Part shown: positions 1 to 10,633 of the stretch, piece by piece
Numbering within the stretch: the first letter of the stretch is position 1
How the letters are laid out: every line of letters starts with the position of its first letter
DNA from: Pseudomonadota bacterium
GTDB taxonomy: Bacteria; Pseudomonadota; Gammaproteobacteria; Steroidobacterales; Steroidobacteraceae
Length of the DNA stretch: 64,000 nt
Direction of reading: 5' to 3'
NCBI GenBank assembly: GCA_046047615.1
Contig: JBJOHO010000067.1
Location: forward strand, 34,599-98,598
Position numbers and translations under genes: made by a program
The notes under the pieces: generated by a model
What the model was told of the DNA's origin: nothing
The model's input: only the letters and a program-made list of their open reading frames with translations
The model's database searches: none

Positions 1-879
1 GTCCTGCAGGCCGACGCCAGCCGCGAGCTGCCGGTCGAGCTGCGCCATGGAGCGCGGCGGCTCACCCTGGCCCTGACGGGTTTGCCGGAGGACGCGCGTC
101 TGCACCCGGCCCTGGATGCCGCGCAGCGGCCGCTGTGGCTGCCACCGGGCACGTTGCTGCTGCCCACCCCTGCCGCGACCGCTCTGCGGCTGGTCCCCGG
201 CGACCGCGTCTGGGTGGACCCGCTGCAGGGGCAGCGCCCCGGCCAGTGGCTGCGCGTCGGCGCACCCACTGGCGACCTGGCGGGCCGCGTGGCCTATGCG
301 GCACTGCCGCTGGTGGAGACCCTGGCCGGTACGCCAGGCGTGAACACGCTGCGCCTGCGCATCGATCCGCTGCAGCACGGCACCCTGTTCCAGGCCGTGG
401 CAGACCTGCCACGCGTGGCCGGCGCCGGCGACAAGCCCGCCCTGATTGCGGACTTCCGCCGTTCCACGGCCGACATGCTGCTGACCTTCACCGCCATCCT
501 CACGGCCTTTGCCACGGTGATCGCCGTCGGCATCGTCTACAACACGGCCCGTATCGCCCTCGCCGAGCAGGGCCGTGACCTGGCGACGCTGCGCGTGCTG
601 GGCTTCCGGCGCGGCGAGGTGGGCGCGCTGCTGTTGTGGCCGCTGGCGCTGCAGGTGCTGTGCGCGCTGCCGCTGGGTGCGCTGCTGGGCCAGGGCCTGG
701 CGGCGCTGCTGGTGGCGCTGATCGCCGGCGAGGACCTGCGGATTCCCCTCGTGATCCTGCCCTCACGGTTTGTCTATGCTGGGGCCATCACGCTGGCCGC
801 CGCCGCGGCCTCGGCGTGGATCGTGCGCCGGCGCATCGACCGGCTGGACCTTGTCGCCGTGCTCAAGACCCGGGACTGA
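1..879 (+). CDS. ABC transporter permease, FtsX/MacB-like (5' end outside window)
   Basis: Frame 1 is open from base 1, with no stop before listed ORF 82..879. The C-terminal FtsX-type segment (RDLATLRVLGFRRGEV) is followed by several hydrophobic helices. It lies 6 nt upstream of an HlyD-type adaptor gene. Confidence 0.8.
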   Translation, partial: VLQADASRELPVELRHGARRLTLALTGLPEDARLHPALDAAQRPLWLPPGTLLLPTPAATALRLVPGDRVWVDPLQGQRPGQWLRVGAPTGDLAGRVAYAALPLVETLAGTPGVNTLRLRIDPLQHGTLFQAVADLPRVAGAGDKPALIADFRRSTADMLLTFTAILTAFATVIAVGIVYNTARIALAEQGRDLATLRVLGFRRGEVGALLLWPLALQVLCALPLGALLGQGLAALLVALIAGEDLRIPLVILPSRFVYAGAITLAAAAASAWIVRRRIDRLDLVAVLKTRD

Positions 880-885
880 TACCGC

Positions 886-2112
886 ATGAACGACGCCTCG
901 TCCCGCCGTGGGATCCTCCGCCATGGGACTGGTCTGGGCGCCCTGCTGCTCGCCCTCATTGCGCTCGGCTGGTGGGTCTGGCGCGGGCGCGCACTCGAGG
1001 TGCAGACCGGGGGCGTCGAGGTCGGCACATGGGAGGCGGTGCTGGAAGACGACGGCATCCTGCGCGTGCAGGAGCGCTACCTGGTCACTGCACCGGTGGC
1101 CGGCCGCTGGCTGCGCCCTGCCCTGCGTCCCGGCGACCGGGTCCGCCGCGGCCAGACCCTGGGGGCGATTGTCGGAGCCGCCTCCCCACCGCTGGACGTG
1201 CGCAGCCGCCGCGAGGCCCAGCAGCGGCGCGAGGCCGCCGAAGCACGGCACGCCCGCGCGCTGGTGCTGCAGGCACAGGCCGCCACGGCACTGGCCCAGG
1301 CCCGCGCGGATGAGTCCCGCGTGGCGTCGCTGGCCGCCCAAGGCTTCGTCGCGGCCAGCGAGCGCGACCAGGCCCAGTTGGCGCTGCAGGCCGCCCGGCG
1401 CGGCGAGCAGGCGGCCGGGCTTGAAGTCGACGCGGCGCTGCACGACCTGCGGCAGGCGCGCGCAGCGGCTGCCGACGCCGTCAGCGACGAGGCCGCCACC
1501 CCCTCGCGCTGGCCGGTCAATGCGCCCGCCGACGGCCAGGTGCTGCGGGTGCACCACGAAAGCGGTGGCGCCGTCATCCCCGCCACGCCGCTGCTGGAAA
1601 TCGGCGACACCGGCCGGCTCGAGGCCGTGATCGACGTGCTGTCCACAGAGGCGCTGCGCCTGACCCCCGGCATGCCGGTGCGGCTCACCGTGGCCGACGG
1701 CGTGGTGCTGCCCGGCCGCATCGCACGCATCGACCCGGCTGCGCGCACGCGGGTCTCGGCGTTGGGCATCGAGGAACAGCGGGTGGACGTGATCGTGAGG
1801 CCCGACGCCGGCGTTGCCACGGAGACCTGGGCAAGGCCCGTGGGCGGCGACGGCTATCACGTCGAAGCGGCGTTCATCATCGCCACACGCACGGCCGTGC
1901 CACGGGTACCGACGGCCGCCCTGCTGCGACTGGCCGGGGGCTGGGCCGTGTACCGGGTCGAGGATGGCCGCGTGCGGCTTCGACCCGTGGAGGTGCAGGA
2001 CCGCGGACCGGACTGGTCGGTGGTCGAGGCCGGGCTCGCGCCCGGCGACCGCGTGGTGCTCTACCCGGGCGAGGCGCTGGCCGAGGGCCAGCGCGTGACG
2101 CCCCTCGGCTAG
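886..2112 (+). CDS. HlyD-family membrane-fusion / periplasmic adaptor protein
   Basis: ORF 886..2112 (408 aa) with ATG at 886. It has an N-terminal anchor helix (GLGALLLALIALGWWVW), a central Ala/Gln/Arg-rich coiled coil and a beta-rich C-terminal part typical of HlyD adaptors. Confidence 0.85.
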   Translation: MNDASSRRGILRHGTGLGALLLALIALGWWVWRGRALEVQTGGVEVGTWEAVLEDDGILRVQERYLVTAPVAGRWLRPALRPGDRVRRGQTLGAIVGAASPPLDVRSRREAQQRREAAEARHARALVLQAQAATALAQARADESRVASLAAQGFVAASERDQAQLALQAARRGEQAAGLEVDAALHDLRQARAAAADAVSDEAATPSRWPVNAPADGQVLRVHHESGGAVIPATPLLEIGDTGRLEAVIDVLSTEALRLTPGMPVRLTVADGVVLPGRIARIDPAARTRVSALGIEEQRVDVIVRPDAGVATETWARPVGGDGYHVEAAFIIATRTAVPRVPTAALLRLAGGWAVYRVEDGRVRLRPVEVQDRGPDWSVVEAGLAPGDRVVLYPGEALAEGQRVTPLG

Positions 2113-2118
2113 CCGCGA

Positions 2119-3252
2119 TCAGCCCTGCAGCAGCGCCGGCGAGGCGTCGCGGATGTCGTTGCAGCCGGTCAGTGCCTGACTGATGCGCAGCTCGTTGGCC
2201 AGGATCTCCAGTGCCAACGTCACGCCGGCCTCGCCGCGTGCGCCGAGGCCATAGAGGTATGCCCTGCCTGCGAGCACGGCATTGGCGCCCAGCGCCACCG
2301 CCTTGAGGATGTCCTGGCCGCAGCGCACGCCGCTGTCGAGCAGTACCTCGCACTGCCCGCCCACGGCCTCGGCGATGCGCGGCAGCATCGAGATGGTCGA
2401 CGGCGCGCCATCGAGCTGCCGTCCGCCGTGGTTGCTGATGATGATGGCATCGGCGCCCAGGGCGACCGCGCGGCGCGCATCCTCCGGATCAAGGATGCCC
2501 TTGACCACCAGCTTGCCTTTCCAGCGGGCACGGATCTGCGCGAGGTCGTCCCAGGTGACGGACGCATCGAACTGCGACTGGATCCACTGCGACAGCGTCG
2601 CCACGCCGGTGTTGGGCATGGCGGAGGCGAGGTTGCCGAAGGTCTTGCGCTTGCCCATGAGCACGCCGGCCACCCAGGCAGGCTTGCGGGCCATGTCGAG
2701 CACGTTTGCCAGTGTGACACGCGGCGGCACGGCGAGGCCGTTCTTGGCGTCGCGGCGGCGCACACCGGAGACCGGGATGTCCACGGTCATGACCAGCACC
2801 TCGCAGCCGGCGGCCTCGGCACGGTCGACGAGCGCGTTGGTGTAGCCGCGGTCCTTCATCACGTAGAGCTGGAACCAGAACGGGGCGGTGGTGGCGCCGC
2901 GCACATCCTCGATGGAGCAGACCGAGACGGTGCTCAGGCACAGCGGCACGCCGAAGCGCTCGGCGGCGCGGGCGGCGAGGATCTCGCCATCACGGTGCAT
3001 CAGGCCGGTGAGGCCGCAGGGCGCCAGCACCAGCGGCATGGCCGCCTCGCGACCGAGGATGGTGCGCCGCATCGACTGGGCACGCACGTCGATCATGACG
3101 CGCTGGCGCAGTTTCAGGGCATCGAAGTCGCTGCGGTTGCGGCGCAGCGTGATCTCGTCGAAGGCTCCGTGGTCGGCGTACTGGAAGATGGCGCGCGGCA
3201 CGCGGCGCTCGGCGACCTCGCGCAGGTCGGCAATGCTGTTGATGACCTTCAC
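2119..3252 (-). CDS. FMN-dependent alpha-hydroxy-acid dehydrogenase (L-lactate dehydrogenase / glycolate oxidase family)
   Basis: Within ORF 2119..3552 the recognisable protein starts VKVINSIADLREVAERRVPRAIFQYADHG and continues through ISNHGGRQLDG. The GTG at 3252 is preceded by GAGGGA. The 100 upstream codons are Arg/Pro/Ser-rich and look non-coding. Confidence 0.9.
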   Translation of the reverse strand: MKVINSIADLREVAERRVPRAIFQYADHGAFDEITLRRNRSDFDALKLRQRVMIDVRAQSMRRTILGREAAMPLVLAPCGLTGLMHRDGEILAARAAERFGVPLCLSTVSVCSIEDVRGATTAPFWFQLYVMKDRGYTNALVDRAEAAGCEVLVMTVDIPVSGVRRRDAKNGLAVPPRVTLANVLDMARKPAWVAGVLMGKRKTFGNLASAMPNTGVATLSQWIQSQFDASVTWDDLAQIRARWKGKLVVKGILDPEDARRAVALGADAIIISNHGGRQLDGAPSTISMLPRIAEAVGGQCEVLLDSGVRCGQDILKAVALGANAVLAGRAYLYGLGARGEAGVTLALEILANELRISQALTGCNDIRDASPALLQG

Positions 3253-3268
3253 GGTCCTGTTTCCCTCG

Positions 3269-3982
3269 TCAGGTGGCGTGTCCCAAACTTGTGATCTCTT
3301 CGCCGCGGCAGGCCAGCCATTGCGATGGTGGAACGGCGCCCTGCGCGTCGCGGCGCGGCGCCGTCGCCAGGCGGCAGACGAGCGCGACCAGCGCGTTGGC
3401 CTTGGCGACCGCGGCAGGGTCGGGCGCGATGCAATGTACGGTGATGCCCAGCGCCGCAGCCTCGGCAGCGAACGCGCTGCTGAAGCGCAGCACGCCGGCC
3501 TTGGCGGCCGCGAACACCGGCTGCTCCGCGGGCGCCATGCCGAGGGCATCACTGGCGGCGATGTTGATGACGATGCCGTGACGCTCCCGCAACGCCTCCA
3601 GCGCGTGGCGGGTCACCAGCAGCGTGCCGAGCAGGTTGGTGGCGACGGTACGCGACCAGTGCGACAGGATCGGCTCCAGCGACACCGGGCCTGCATTGTT
3701 GACCAGCACGTCAAGACCACCGAATTCGCGGCGCGTGCGCTCGATCAGTGTCTGCACCTGGTCCTCGATCGCCACGTCGCAGCGGTGGGCCAGCGCCAGG
3801 CCGCCACCGTCGCGGATGCCGGCGGCCACCTGGCCGGCAAGCGCGAAGTCGATGTCAGCAACGACCACGCGCAGCCCGGCGGCCGCCAACGCGCGCGCCA
3901 TCACCGCGCCGGCGCCACTGCCCCCTCCGGTGACGATCGCCACGCGGCGGCCGGCGGCGGAAGGTGGTGGAGGTTCAGTCAT
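3269..3982 (-). CDS. SDR-family short-chain dehydrogenase/reductase
   Basis: ORF 3269..3982 (237 aa). It carries a Rossmann motif (VAIVTGGGSGAG) and an NNAG motif (VLVNNAG). Its start overlaps the stop of the upstream kinase gene by 8 nt. Confidence 0.9.
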   Translation of the reverse strand: MTEPPPPSAAGRRVAIVTGGGSGAGAVMARALAAAGLRVVVADIDFALAGQVAAGIRDGGGLALAHRCDVAIEDQVQTLIERTRREFGGLDVLVNNAGPVSLEPILSHWSRTVATNLLGTLLVTRHALEALRERHGIVINIAASDALGMAPAEQPVFAAAKAGVLRFSSAFAAEAAALGITVHCIAPDPAAVAKANALVALVCRLATAPRRDAQGAVPPSQWLACRGEEITSLGHAT

Positions 3983-6227
3983 CGCGGGCGCGTCCCTGCA
4001 GCAGGATGGTCAGCAGGGACTCTACCGAATATGGCTTGGCAAGGACGGGCAATCCCTGCCACTCCTCACCCGCACCGGCGAAACCACTGGCCAGGATCAC
4101 GCGCAGCTGTGGGAACTCGCCGGCAAGGACCGTGGCCAGGGCCCGTCCGTCCAGGCTGCCGGGCATCACGATGTCGGTGAGCACGGCATCAAAGCTGCTG
4201 CCCCCCCGCAGCAGCGCCAGCGCCTCATCCGCATTGCGCGTCAGCGTCACCTGCAGGCCGCTGCTGCGCAGGGCCGTGCAGACGACATCCGCGGCCAGCG
4301 CATCGTCCTCCACGAACAGCAGCCGCAGACCGCGGCTGCTCGCCGCGGCAGCGGTGGCGCGCGGCACGCCCGGTGCCGCAGTCGCGTCGTTCGGCGGAAG
4401 GTCCCGCGGCAACCACAGCCGCACGGTGGTGCCGGCGCCGGGTCGACTGGCCACCTCGATGCGTCCGCCGGACTGCTCGACCAGATCCTTCACCTGCACC
4501 AGACCCAGGCCCGTGCCCTGCCCGACCGGCTTGGTCGTGAAAAACGGCTCGAACAGACGGGGCAGGTCGGCCGGATCAATGCCCGCGCCGCTGTCCGCGA
4601 CCTCGACACAGACGCTGTCGCCGCTGCCGGCGGATTCGTTGCGTGCACGGATGCGCAGCTCGCCCTCCGGCCCCATGGCATCGCGGGCATTGAGAACGAG
4701 ATTGAGCAAGGCAACCTCAAACTGGTCGGGGTCGGTCTGGAAGGCCCAGAGGTCGGCCGGAACCTGCAGCGCCAGGTGGATGCCGGGAGGCAGGGCCGTG
4801 GACAACAGGGCCTCGAGCGCCGGCACCTGCTCCCGCAGGTCGACGGGCTGCAGGTTCAAGGGCCCACTGCGCCCGAGCCCGAGCAGCCGCTGCACCAGTG
4901 CCGCGGCGCGCTTCACCGCACGCTGGCCCGACTCGATGTAGGGCCGCGAGCGCGCGTCCGGTCCCTGTGCCTGCAACAGGTGCAGGCCGGTCCCCAGGGT
5001 CTGCAGCAGGTTGTTGAAGTCGTGGGCAACCCCGGCGGCCAGGCGACCGATGGCCTCCAGCCGCTGGCCCTGCGCCAGCTTGCGCTGCGCACGCTCGGTG
5101 CTGGCCACGGCCTCGGCCACCTGCCGCTGCATGGCCTCGTTCGAGTTGCGGATGCGCTCGCCCGCGCGCGCCAGGGCCACGCCCACCTCGCGGATCTCGG
5201 GGATGCCGGAGGCGGGCGCGCGGACCGCGTGGCCGCCCTCGAGATCCGCGGCGGCTGCGCGCAGTGCTTCAATGGGCCGCACCACATGCCGGGCCACGGC
5301 CACGGCGAGAAAGATGGACACCGCGAGCAGCAGGGCGGCGACGGCGCTGCCATGCAGCGCAGCGCTGCGGGTATCGGCCTCAAGCACGGCCGTGGGCACG
5401 GCCAGGCGGTAGCTCATGCCAAAGCGCGACTGGGTACTGAAGAACACCAGGGTGGGTTCGCCGCGGCGGTTGCTGCTGCGGAAATACCCCTCGCCCTCGG
5501 CGCGCACCTGCTCAAGCACACGCGGATTGGCACGCGCGCCGACGTAGCGCTGTGGATCGGGCGACCAGGCCAATATCGTGCCCTGCCGGTTGACGATCGA
5601 GGCCGCCCAGCCTTCGGGGAGCTGCTGGCTGTCGAGCAGCATCTGCATCTCGGCGGGCAACATGCCCATCGACACGTTGAACAGCTGGCCGTTGATCTCG
5701 ACGGGCGTGGTGAACACCATCTGGCGTTGGCGCGTCTTGCCCCCCACGAACAGGTCGGACAGTTGCACCCCCCGCTCGCTGAAGGCCGCGAAGCTGGCCA
5801 TCTTCTGGGGGCGGCCATTGTTGGTGGCGCCCGGCACGGTGGAAAAGTAGATGCCGTCGCGGCCCAGGATCGCCACCGGCGCGCTCGAGCCTTGCAGGGC
5901 GCTGCGTGCCAGCTCGGCAAAGCCCTCGAAGTCGTGGTCCTGAAGCTGGGGCGCCGCCGCCAGCACCTGCACGATCGAGGCACGACGCTCGAGTTCGCGG
6001 TCCACCACCATGGCCAGCGCACGGGTGGTGTCGAGCAGGCGCTCCTCGACCGTGGCGCGGCTGCGCGCGATGTTGGCGGCGATGATCCAGAACGCCGCCG
6101 CGATGGCCGGCAACAGGATGGCAAGGGTGAACAGCACCACCCTCATGCGCAACGACAGCCGCACCGCCAGGCGGCGGTGCGGCGCGTTGTCGGCCCAGCT
6201 GGCCGGTGCCGCGTCAGTCGACGGCAC
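3975..6227 (-). CDS. Hybrid sensor histidine kinase / response regulator (periplasmic sensor, HAMP, HisKA, HATPase, receiver)
   Basis: ORF 3975..6227. Motifs: H-box [13 protein letters not shown]-box [11 protein letters not shown]-boxes DSGAGI and GTGLGL, and a C-terminal receiver (LLFVEDD ... DIVMPG ... AKP). The start is ambiguous: GTG at 6227, or ATG at 6146 directly before the first TM helix [13 protein letters not shown]. Confidence 0.88.
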   Translation of the reverse strand: MPSTDAAPASWADNAPHRRLAVRLSLRMRVVLFTLAILLPAIAAAFWIIAANIARSRATVEERLLDTTRALAMVVDRELERRASIVQVLAAAPQLQDHDFEGFAELARSALQGSSAPVAILGRDGIYFSTVPGATNNGRPQKMASFAAFSERGVQLSDLFVGGKTRQRQMVFTTPVEINGQLFNVSMGMLPAEMQMLLDSQQLPEGWAASIVNRQGTILAWSPDPQRYVGARANPRVLEQVRAEGEGYFRSSNRRGEPTLVFFSTQSRFGMSYRLAVPTAVLEADTRSAALHGSAVAALLLAVSIFLAVAVARHVVRPIEALRAAAADLEGGHAVRAPASGIPEIREVGVALARAGERIRNSNEAMQRQVAEAVASTERAQRKLAQGQRLEAIGRLAAGVAHDFNNLLQTLGTGLHLLQAQGPDARSRPYIESGQRAVKRAAALVQRLLGLGRSGPLNLQPVDLREQVPALEALLSTALPPGIHLALQVPADLWAFQTDPDQFEVALLNLVLNARDAMGPEGELRIRARNESAGSGDSVCVEVADSGAGIDPADLPRLFEPFFTTKPVGQGTGLGLVQVKDLVEQSGGRIEVASRPGAGTTVRLWLPRDLPPNDATAAPGVPRATAAAASSRGLRLLFVEDDALAADVVCTALRSSGLQVTLTRNADEALALLRGGSSFDAVLTDIVMPGSLDGRALATVLAGEFPQLRVILASGFAGAGEEWQGLPVLAKPYSVESLLTILLQGRARDD

Positions 6228-9003
6228 GGTCCTCGACCGGCGCCAGCCCCGTGGCCTTCAGCGGCTCGGCGATCTTGGCCTTGTCACCCACCGCCACCAC
6301 GACCATGCGCTGTGGCTGCAGCTGCGCCTTGGCAACGCGCTGAACGTCGTCGGCACTGACGGCCTGGATCTGCGCCGGCAGGCGGTTGTAGTAGTCCAGC
6401 GGCAGCTCGTGCACGAACAGCTGGCCGCTGCTGCCGGCCGCCGCGGACACGGTCTCGAACAGGCCCGGCAGCGAGCGCGCGAAGGAATCCTTGGACAGCG
6501 CGAGCTCCTCGGCGGTGACCGGCGCGTCCCGCAGGCCGTGGATCTCCTTGAAGATCTCCTGAACCGCAGGGCCGGTGACGTCGGTGCGCACGCTGGTGCC
6601 GACCACGAACGGACCCGGCGCCCGGCGATAGCCGAAACCACTGCTGGCACCGTAGGTGTAGCCGTTGCGCTCGCGCAGGTTGAGGTTGATGCGGCTGGAG
6701 AACAGCCCGCCCAGCGTACCGTTCATGACCTCGATGGCAACGTAGTCCGGCGAGCTGCGGGCCACGCCCACCGCGCCGGCACGCAGCGCCGTCTGCGGCG
6801 AACCGGGACGGTCGACCACGAGGATGCGGCCGGTCTCGGCCTGCGCCACTGCCGGCGGCGCCGGCCGGGCCGCATCGCCCTTCCAGTCGCCGAAGTGCTT
6901 GGTGGCCAGCGCGCGCAGCTGCGCCTCGGTCAGGTCGCCGGCCACCACCAGCGCGGCATTGCGCGGCTGGTAGCCGGCCTGCCAGAAGGCCTGCAGGTCC
7001 TCGCGGCGCAGCCCGCGCACCGCGGCGGCGGTGCCCAGCTCCGTGTAGCCATAGGGATGGGCACTGCCGTACAGCGCCTGGTTGAACACCCGCTGGGCGA
7101 GCGCGTTCGGGTTGTCCTTCTGCTGCATCAGCTGCGTGAGGCGGCTGCTGCGCACGCGCTCGATCTCGTCCGCCGGGAAGGATGGACGGCGCACCACGTC
7201 GGCAAGCAGGTCGAAGGCCGTATCGGCGTTGGCCGACAGCGTGTAGAGACTCGCCTGGGAATAATCGACCGTCGAGCCGGCGCCCAGCGAGGCGCCCAGC
7301 GCGGCGATGTCCTCGGCCAGCTTGCGGCTGTCACGGGTGGTCGTGCCCTCGTCGAGCATGTCGGCGGTGAACGAGGCCAGGCCCGGACGTTCCACCGGGT
7401 TGCGGTCGCTGCCGGCCAGCACCACCAGCTGCGCTGCGACCACCGGCAGGCGACGCTGCTCGAGGTGCAGCACGGTCAGGCCATTGGGCAGCGTGAAACG
7501 CCGCGGCGCGGGCAGTGCCAGTTTGCCGGGCGTGCCCGCCTTCGGCGCCTGGTAGCGCCAGTCTTCGGCAGCCGCGACACGCAGGCCGGTGGCCGGCTTG
7601 TCTTCGGCGGCGCCGGCATCGGCGCTGCGCGGCGGATCGGTGATGACCTTCTCGCCTGGCACGGCGTGCACGACCGCGCGCGCGTCGGCCTTCAGCACAT
7701 CGCGGGCCAGCGTGTGCACCGAAGCCACGCTGGCGTTCTGGTAGCGCGCCATGTCGGCGGCGATGAAATCGGGCTGCTGCCGGAAGAACAGGTAGTGGTT
7801 GAGGCGGTCGGCGACGCCGCCGACCGTCTCGAGGCTGCGCAGCATGGCGGTGAGCCGGCCATTGCGCGCCCGGTCGACCTCGGCCTGCGTGGGTCCTTCG
7901 GCCAGCAGCTTGCGCAGTTCCTCGTCGATGACCTGCTCCAGCTGCTCGGGCTTCACTCCCGGGCGCGCGGTGGCCTCGATGGCAAACACCGAGCCCAGCA
8001 GCAGGGAGTCCTGGGTGGCCTGCACGCTCTGCGCGATCTGCAGCTCGTGGACCAGACGGCGATAGAGGCGGCTGCTCTTGTCGCCGGCCAGCAGGTCGGC
8101 GAGCAGGTCGGCCTCGGCATCACCCGCCGCATAGGCCGCGGGCGAGAACCAGCCGATCGTGACGCGCGGCAGCTCGATGCGGTCGGTCACCACCTTGCGC
8201 TGCTCGCCCTTGAGCACGGGCCGGTCCACCTGCGGACGGGGCACCGGGTCACCGGCCTTGATCGAGCCGAAGTACTTGGCGACCAGCGCCTTCACGGCGG
8301 CCTTGTCGATGTCGCCGACGATGGCAAGGCTGGCGTTGTTCGGCGCGTAGTATTGGCTGAAGAACTCCTGCACGTCGGCCAGGCGCGCCGCCTCGATGTC
8401 GGCGTGCGAACCGATCACCACGCCATGGTAGGGGTGTCCCTTCGGGAACAGCGTCTGGTAGAAGGCCTCGTCGACCAGTCCGTAAGGCCGGCCCTCGGTG
8501 CTCTGGCGACGCTCGTTGCGCACCACGTCGCGCTGGTTGGCCAGGGACTTGGCGTCGAGCTTGTCGAGCAGGAAACCCATGCGGTCGCTCTCGAGCCACA
8601 GCGCGAGCTCGAGCTTGTCGGTCGGCACCGTCTCGTAATAGTTGGTGCGGTCGAAGCTGGTGCTGCCATTGATCAGCGTGGCACCGGCGCCCTCGAGCAG
8701 CTTGAAGAACTGGTCCTCCGGCACGTGCTTGGAGGACTGGAACATCATGTGCTCGAAGAGGTGCGCGAAGCCCGTGCGGCCGGGCTTTTCGTGCGCGGGA
8801 CCGACGTGGTACCAGAGGTTGACCGCCACCAGCGGCAGGCGCTTGTCCTCTGCCAGGATGACCGTCAGCCCGTTGGGCAGCGTGTAGGTCTCCACGCCCA
8901 GTTGCGGGGGCTTGACCTGCAGCGGCTGCGCCGCGGTGGCAGCCGGCAGCAGCAGGACGACGACGAAGGCGGTGAACGCCGTGACAAACCAGCGACGCAA
9001 CAT
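6214..9003 (-). CDS. Secreted M16 (pitrilysin/insulinase) zinc peptidase, two tandem M16 units (PqqL-like)
   Basis: Within ORF 6214..9144. The ATG at 9003 is preceded by GGAG and gives the signal peptide MLRRWFVTAFTAFVVVLLLPAATAAQP. The zinc motif HxxEH is present (FAHLFEHMMF). The roughly 929-aa length fits a fused active plus inactive M16 pair. Confidence 0.9.
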   Translation of the reverse strand: MLRRWFVTAFTAFVVVLLLPAATAAQPLQVKPPQLGVETYTLPNGLTVILAEDKRLPLVAVNLWYHVGPAHEKPGRTGFAHLFEHMMFQSSKHVPEDQFFKLLEGAGATLINGSTSFDRTNYYETVPTDKLELALWLESDRMGFLLDKLDAKSLANQRDVVRNERRQSTEGRPYGLVDEAFYQTLFPKGHPYHGVVIGSHADIEAARLADVQEFFSQYYAPNNASLAIVGDIDKAAVKALVAKYFGSIKAGDPVPRPQVDRPVLKGEQRKVVTDRIELPRVTIGWFSPAAYAAGDAEADLLADLLAGDKSSRLYRRLVHELQIAQSVQATQDSLLLGSVFAIEATARPGVKPEQLEQVIDEELRKLLAEGPTQAEVDRARNGRLTAMLRSLETVGGVADRLNHYLFFRQQPDFIAADMARYQNASVASVHTLARDVLKADARAVVHAVPGEKVITDPPRSADAGAAEDKPATGLRVAAAEDWRYQAPKAGTPGKLALPAPRRFTLPNGLTVLHLEQRRLPVVAAQLVVLAGSDRNPVERPGLASFTADMLDEGTTTRDSRKLAEDIAALGASLGAGSTVDYSQASLYTLSANADTAFDLLADVVRRPSFPADEIERVRSSRLTQLMQQKDNPNALAQRVFNQALYGSAHPYGYTELGTAAAVRGLRREDLQAFWQAGYQPRNAALVVAGDLTEAQLRALATKHFGDWKGDAARPAPPAVAQAETGRILVVDRPGSPQTALRAGAVGVARSSPDYVAIEVMNGTLGGLFSSRINLNLRERNGYTYGASSGFGYRRAPGPFVVGTSVRTDVTGPAVQEIFKEIHGLRDAPVTAEELALSKDSFARSLPGLFETVSAAAGSSGQLFVHELPLDYYNRLPAQIQAVSADDVQRVAKAQLQPQRMVVVAVGDKAKIAEPLKATGLAPVEDRAVD

Positions 9004-9127
9004 CGGTGGGAACTCCGTGTGGAAGCCGGGAGGATGCCCGGGGAAAACGCCAAGGGTAGCAGTGCCGCCGCAGCATGGCACGCCAGCCGGTTGACACCAT
9101 CGGCGTGCGGCAAGGATGCTGCCGTGC

Positions 9128-10231
9128 ATGAGCGATGACCCCATCCGCTACGCGCGCCACCTGGCGCTGCCGGAGATCGGCGCATCCGGCCAGGCGCGGC
9201 TTGCCGCCGCCCGGGTACTGGTCGTCGGCTGTGGTGGCCTGGGCTCGCCGGTGGCGCTGTATCTGGCGGCGGCTGGCGTCGGCACGCTGGGCCTGCTCGA
9301 CCATGACGTGGTGGACTTGTCCAACCTGCAGCGCCAGGTGCTGTTCGACACCGCCGACATCGGCAGCCCCAAGGTCGTGGCCGCAGCACGGCGCCTGCGC
9401 GCCCTGAACCCGGGCCTCACGGTGCACGAACATCGTGAGCGGCTGGAGCGCAGCACTGCAGCGCGGCTGTTCGACGGCTACGAGCTGGTCGTCGACGGCA
9501 CCGACCGGCTGGCCACGCGGTATCTGGTCAGCGACGCCTGCGTGGCACTGGGCAAGCCGCTGGTGTCCGCGGCCATCCACCGTTTCGAGGGCCAGGCCTT
9601 CAGTTACGTCCCTGGGCGGAGCCCCTGCTACCGCTGCCTGTTCCCGGACGGCGAGCGCGCGCTGGTGCCCAGCTGCGCGGAGGCGGGGGTGCTCGGTGTG
9701 CTGCCCGGCGTCATGGGCAGCTTGCAGGCCACCGAGGCGATCAAGCTGCTGTTGGGCCTGGGCACGTCCTTGGCCGGCCGCTTCCTGCTGTACGATGCGC
9801 TCGCGCTGCGCTTCCAGGAATTTCCCTTCACGCGGCGCCGGGATTGCGCGGCCTGCGGAGACCACATCGACCGCACCACGCTGCTGGCGCCTGAGGACCA
9901 GACCATGGGCTCGATCGAACGTTGGACCCCCGCACAGGTCGCCGCGGCACTGGCCGCTGACGACGCCGGCCGCTACCTGCTGGTGGACGTGCGCGAAAGC
10001 TACGAGTGGGAGGACAGTGGCCATGCACCGGGCGCCCTGCTGCTGCCGCTGGGTTCGCTGCCGCAGCGCCTGGCCGAACTGCCGGCCGACCGGCGTCTGG
10101 TGTTCATGTGTGCCGGCGGCGTGCGCAGCCTGCATGCCTGCCAGTTCGCCGCGGCGCAGGGCCGCGACACCGTGAACGTGGAAGGCGGCTTCTACCTGTG
10201 GGCGGTCAACCAGGCCGTCGTTCGCGATTGA
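9128..10231 (+). CDS. moeB: Molybdopterin-synthase adenylyltransferase (ThiF/MoeB family) with C-terminal rhodanese domain
   Basis: Starts MSDDPIRYARHLALPEIG and has a nucleotide loop VVGCGGLGSP and CxxC pairs (CYRC, CAAC). The C-terminal rhodanese has the active-site CAGGVRS. The ATG at 9128 lies inside listed ORF 9116..10231. Confidence 0.9.
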   Translation: MSDDPIRYARHLALPEIGASGQARLAAARVLVVGCGGLGSPVALYLAAAGVGTLGLLDHDVVDLSNLQRQVLFDTADIGSPKVVAAARRLRALNPGLTVHEHRERLERSTAARLFDGYELVVDGTDRLATRYLVSDACVALGKPLVSAAIHRFEGQAFSYVPGRSPCYRCLFPDGERALVPSCAEAGVLGVLPGVMGSLQATEAIKLLLGLGTSLAGRFLLYDALALRFQEFPFTRRRDCAACGDHIDRTTLLAPEDQTMGSIERWTPAQVAAALAADDAGRYLLVDVRESYEWEDSGHAPGALLLPLGSLPQRLAELPADRRLVFMCAGGVRSLHACQFAAAQGRDTVNVEGGFYLWAVNQAVVRD

Positions 10232-10629
10232 GCGAAGCCGCCGACAACACCCGCCACCGCCTCGACAAGTGGCTGTGGCACACGCGCTTCTTCAAGACGC
10301 GCGGTCTGGCCAGCGACGCCGTGGCCGGTGGCCACGCCAAGGTGAACGGCGAACGCGTCAAGGCATCGCGCGAGCTGCGCGTCGGCGACCTGGTCACGGT
10401 GACCCGTGGCGAGGAGACGGTGGTCGTGCAGGTGCTCACCCTGCCCTCGCACCGCGGGCCGGCTCCGGCAGCCCAGGCCTGCTACAGCGAAACGCCCGAA
10501 AGCGCCGCGTTGCGGCTGCGGCTGCGCGAACAGCGCAAGCTCGCGGACCAGAGCCGCCCGCGCCCGGACACGCGGCCGGACAAGCGCGACCGGCGGCTGC
10601 TCGAACAACTGCGCCGGCAGCAGGGCTGA
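10228..10629 (+). CDS. hslR: Ribosome-associated heat shock protein Hsp15 (S4 RNA-binding domain)
   Basis: RLDKWLWHTRFFKTRGLASDAV...RPDKRDRRLLEQL closely parallels E. coli HslR along its whole length. The likely TTG start at 10228 overlaps the moeB stop (TTGA). The start codon is less certain than the gene call. Confidence 0.8.
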   Translation: MSEAADNTRHRLDKWLWHTRFFKTRGLASDAVAGGHAKVNGERVKASRELRVGDLVTVTRGEETVVVQVLTLPSHRGPAPAAQACYSETPESAALRLRLREQRKLADQSRPRPDTRPDKRDRRLLEQLRRQQG

Positions 10630-10633
10630 GGCG

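Noticed and set aside
3253-3552. N-terminal extensions suggested by the ORF track for several genes. Examples are 2119..3552, 6214..9144, 12585..14096, 21313..22368, 24370..26877, 47809..48579 and 52031..53983.
   Set aside because: In each case the family-typical N terminus begins at an internal ATG or GTG with a plausible Shine-Dalgarno. The upstream residues are Arg/Pro/Ser/Ala-rich, or they overlap the neighbouring gene or a regulatory region.
9004-9127. TTGACA hexamer at about 9090, considered as the -35 of a moeB promoter.
   Set aside because: The best -10 candidate is poor and would lie only about 8 nt from the start codon, overlapping the SD. This is not enough support to call a promoter.
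3624-9138. Very long plus-strand ORFs (3624..6359, 911 aa; 6010..9138, 1042 aa) that at face value would be the largest proteins in the window.
   Set aside because: They are antisense to the clearly recognisable histidine kinase and M16 peptidase genes. Their translations are Arg/Ala/Gly/Pro/Gln-rich low-complexity strings with no motifs. This is typical of stop-codon-poor shadow frames in high-GC DNA.
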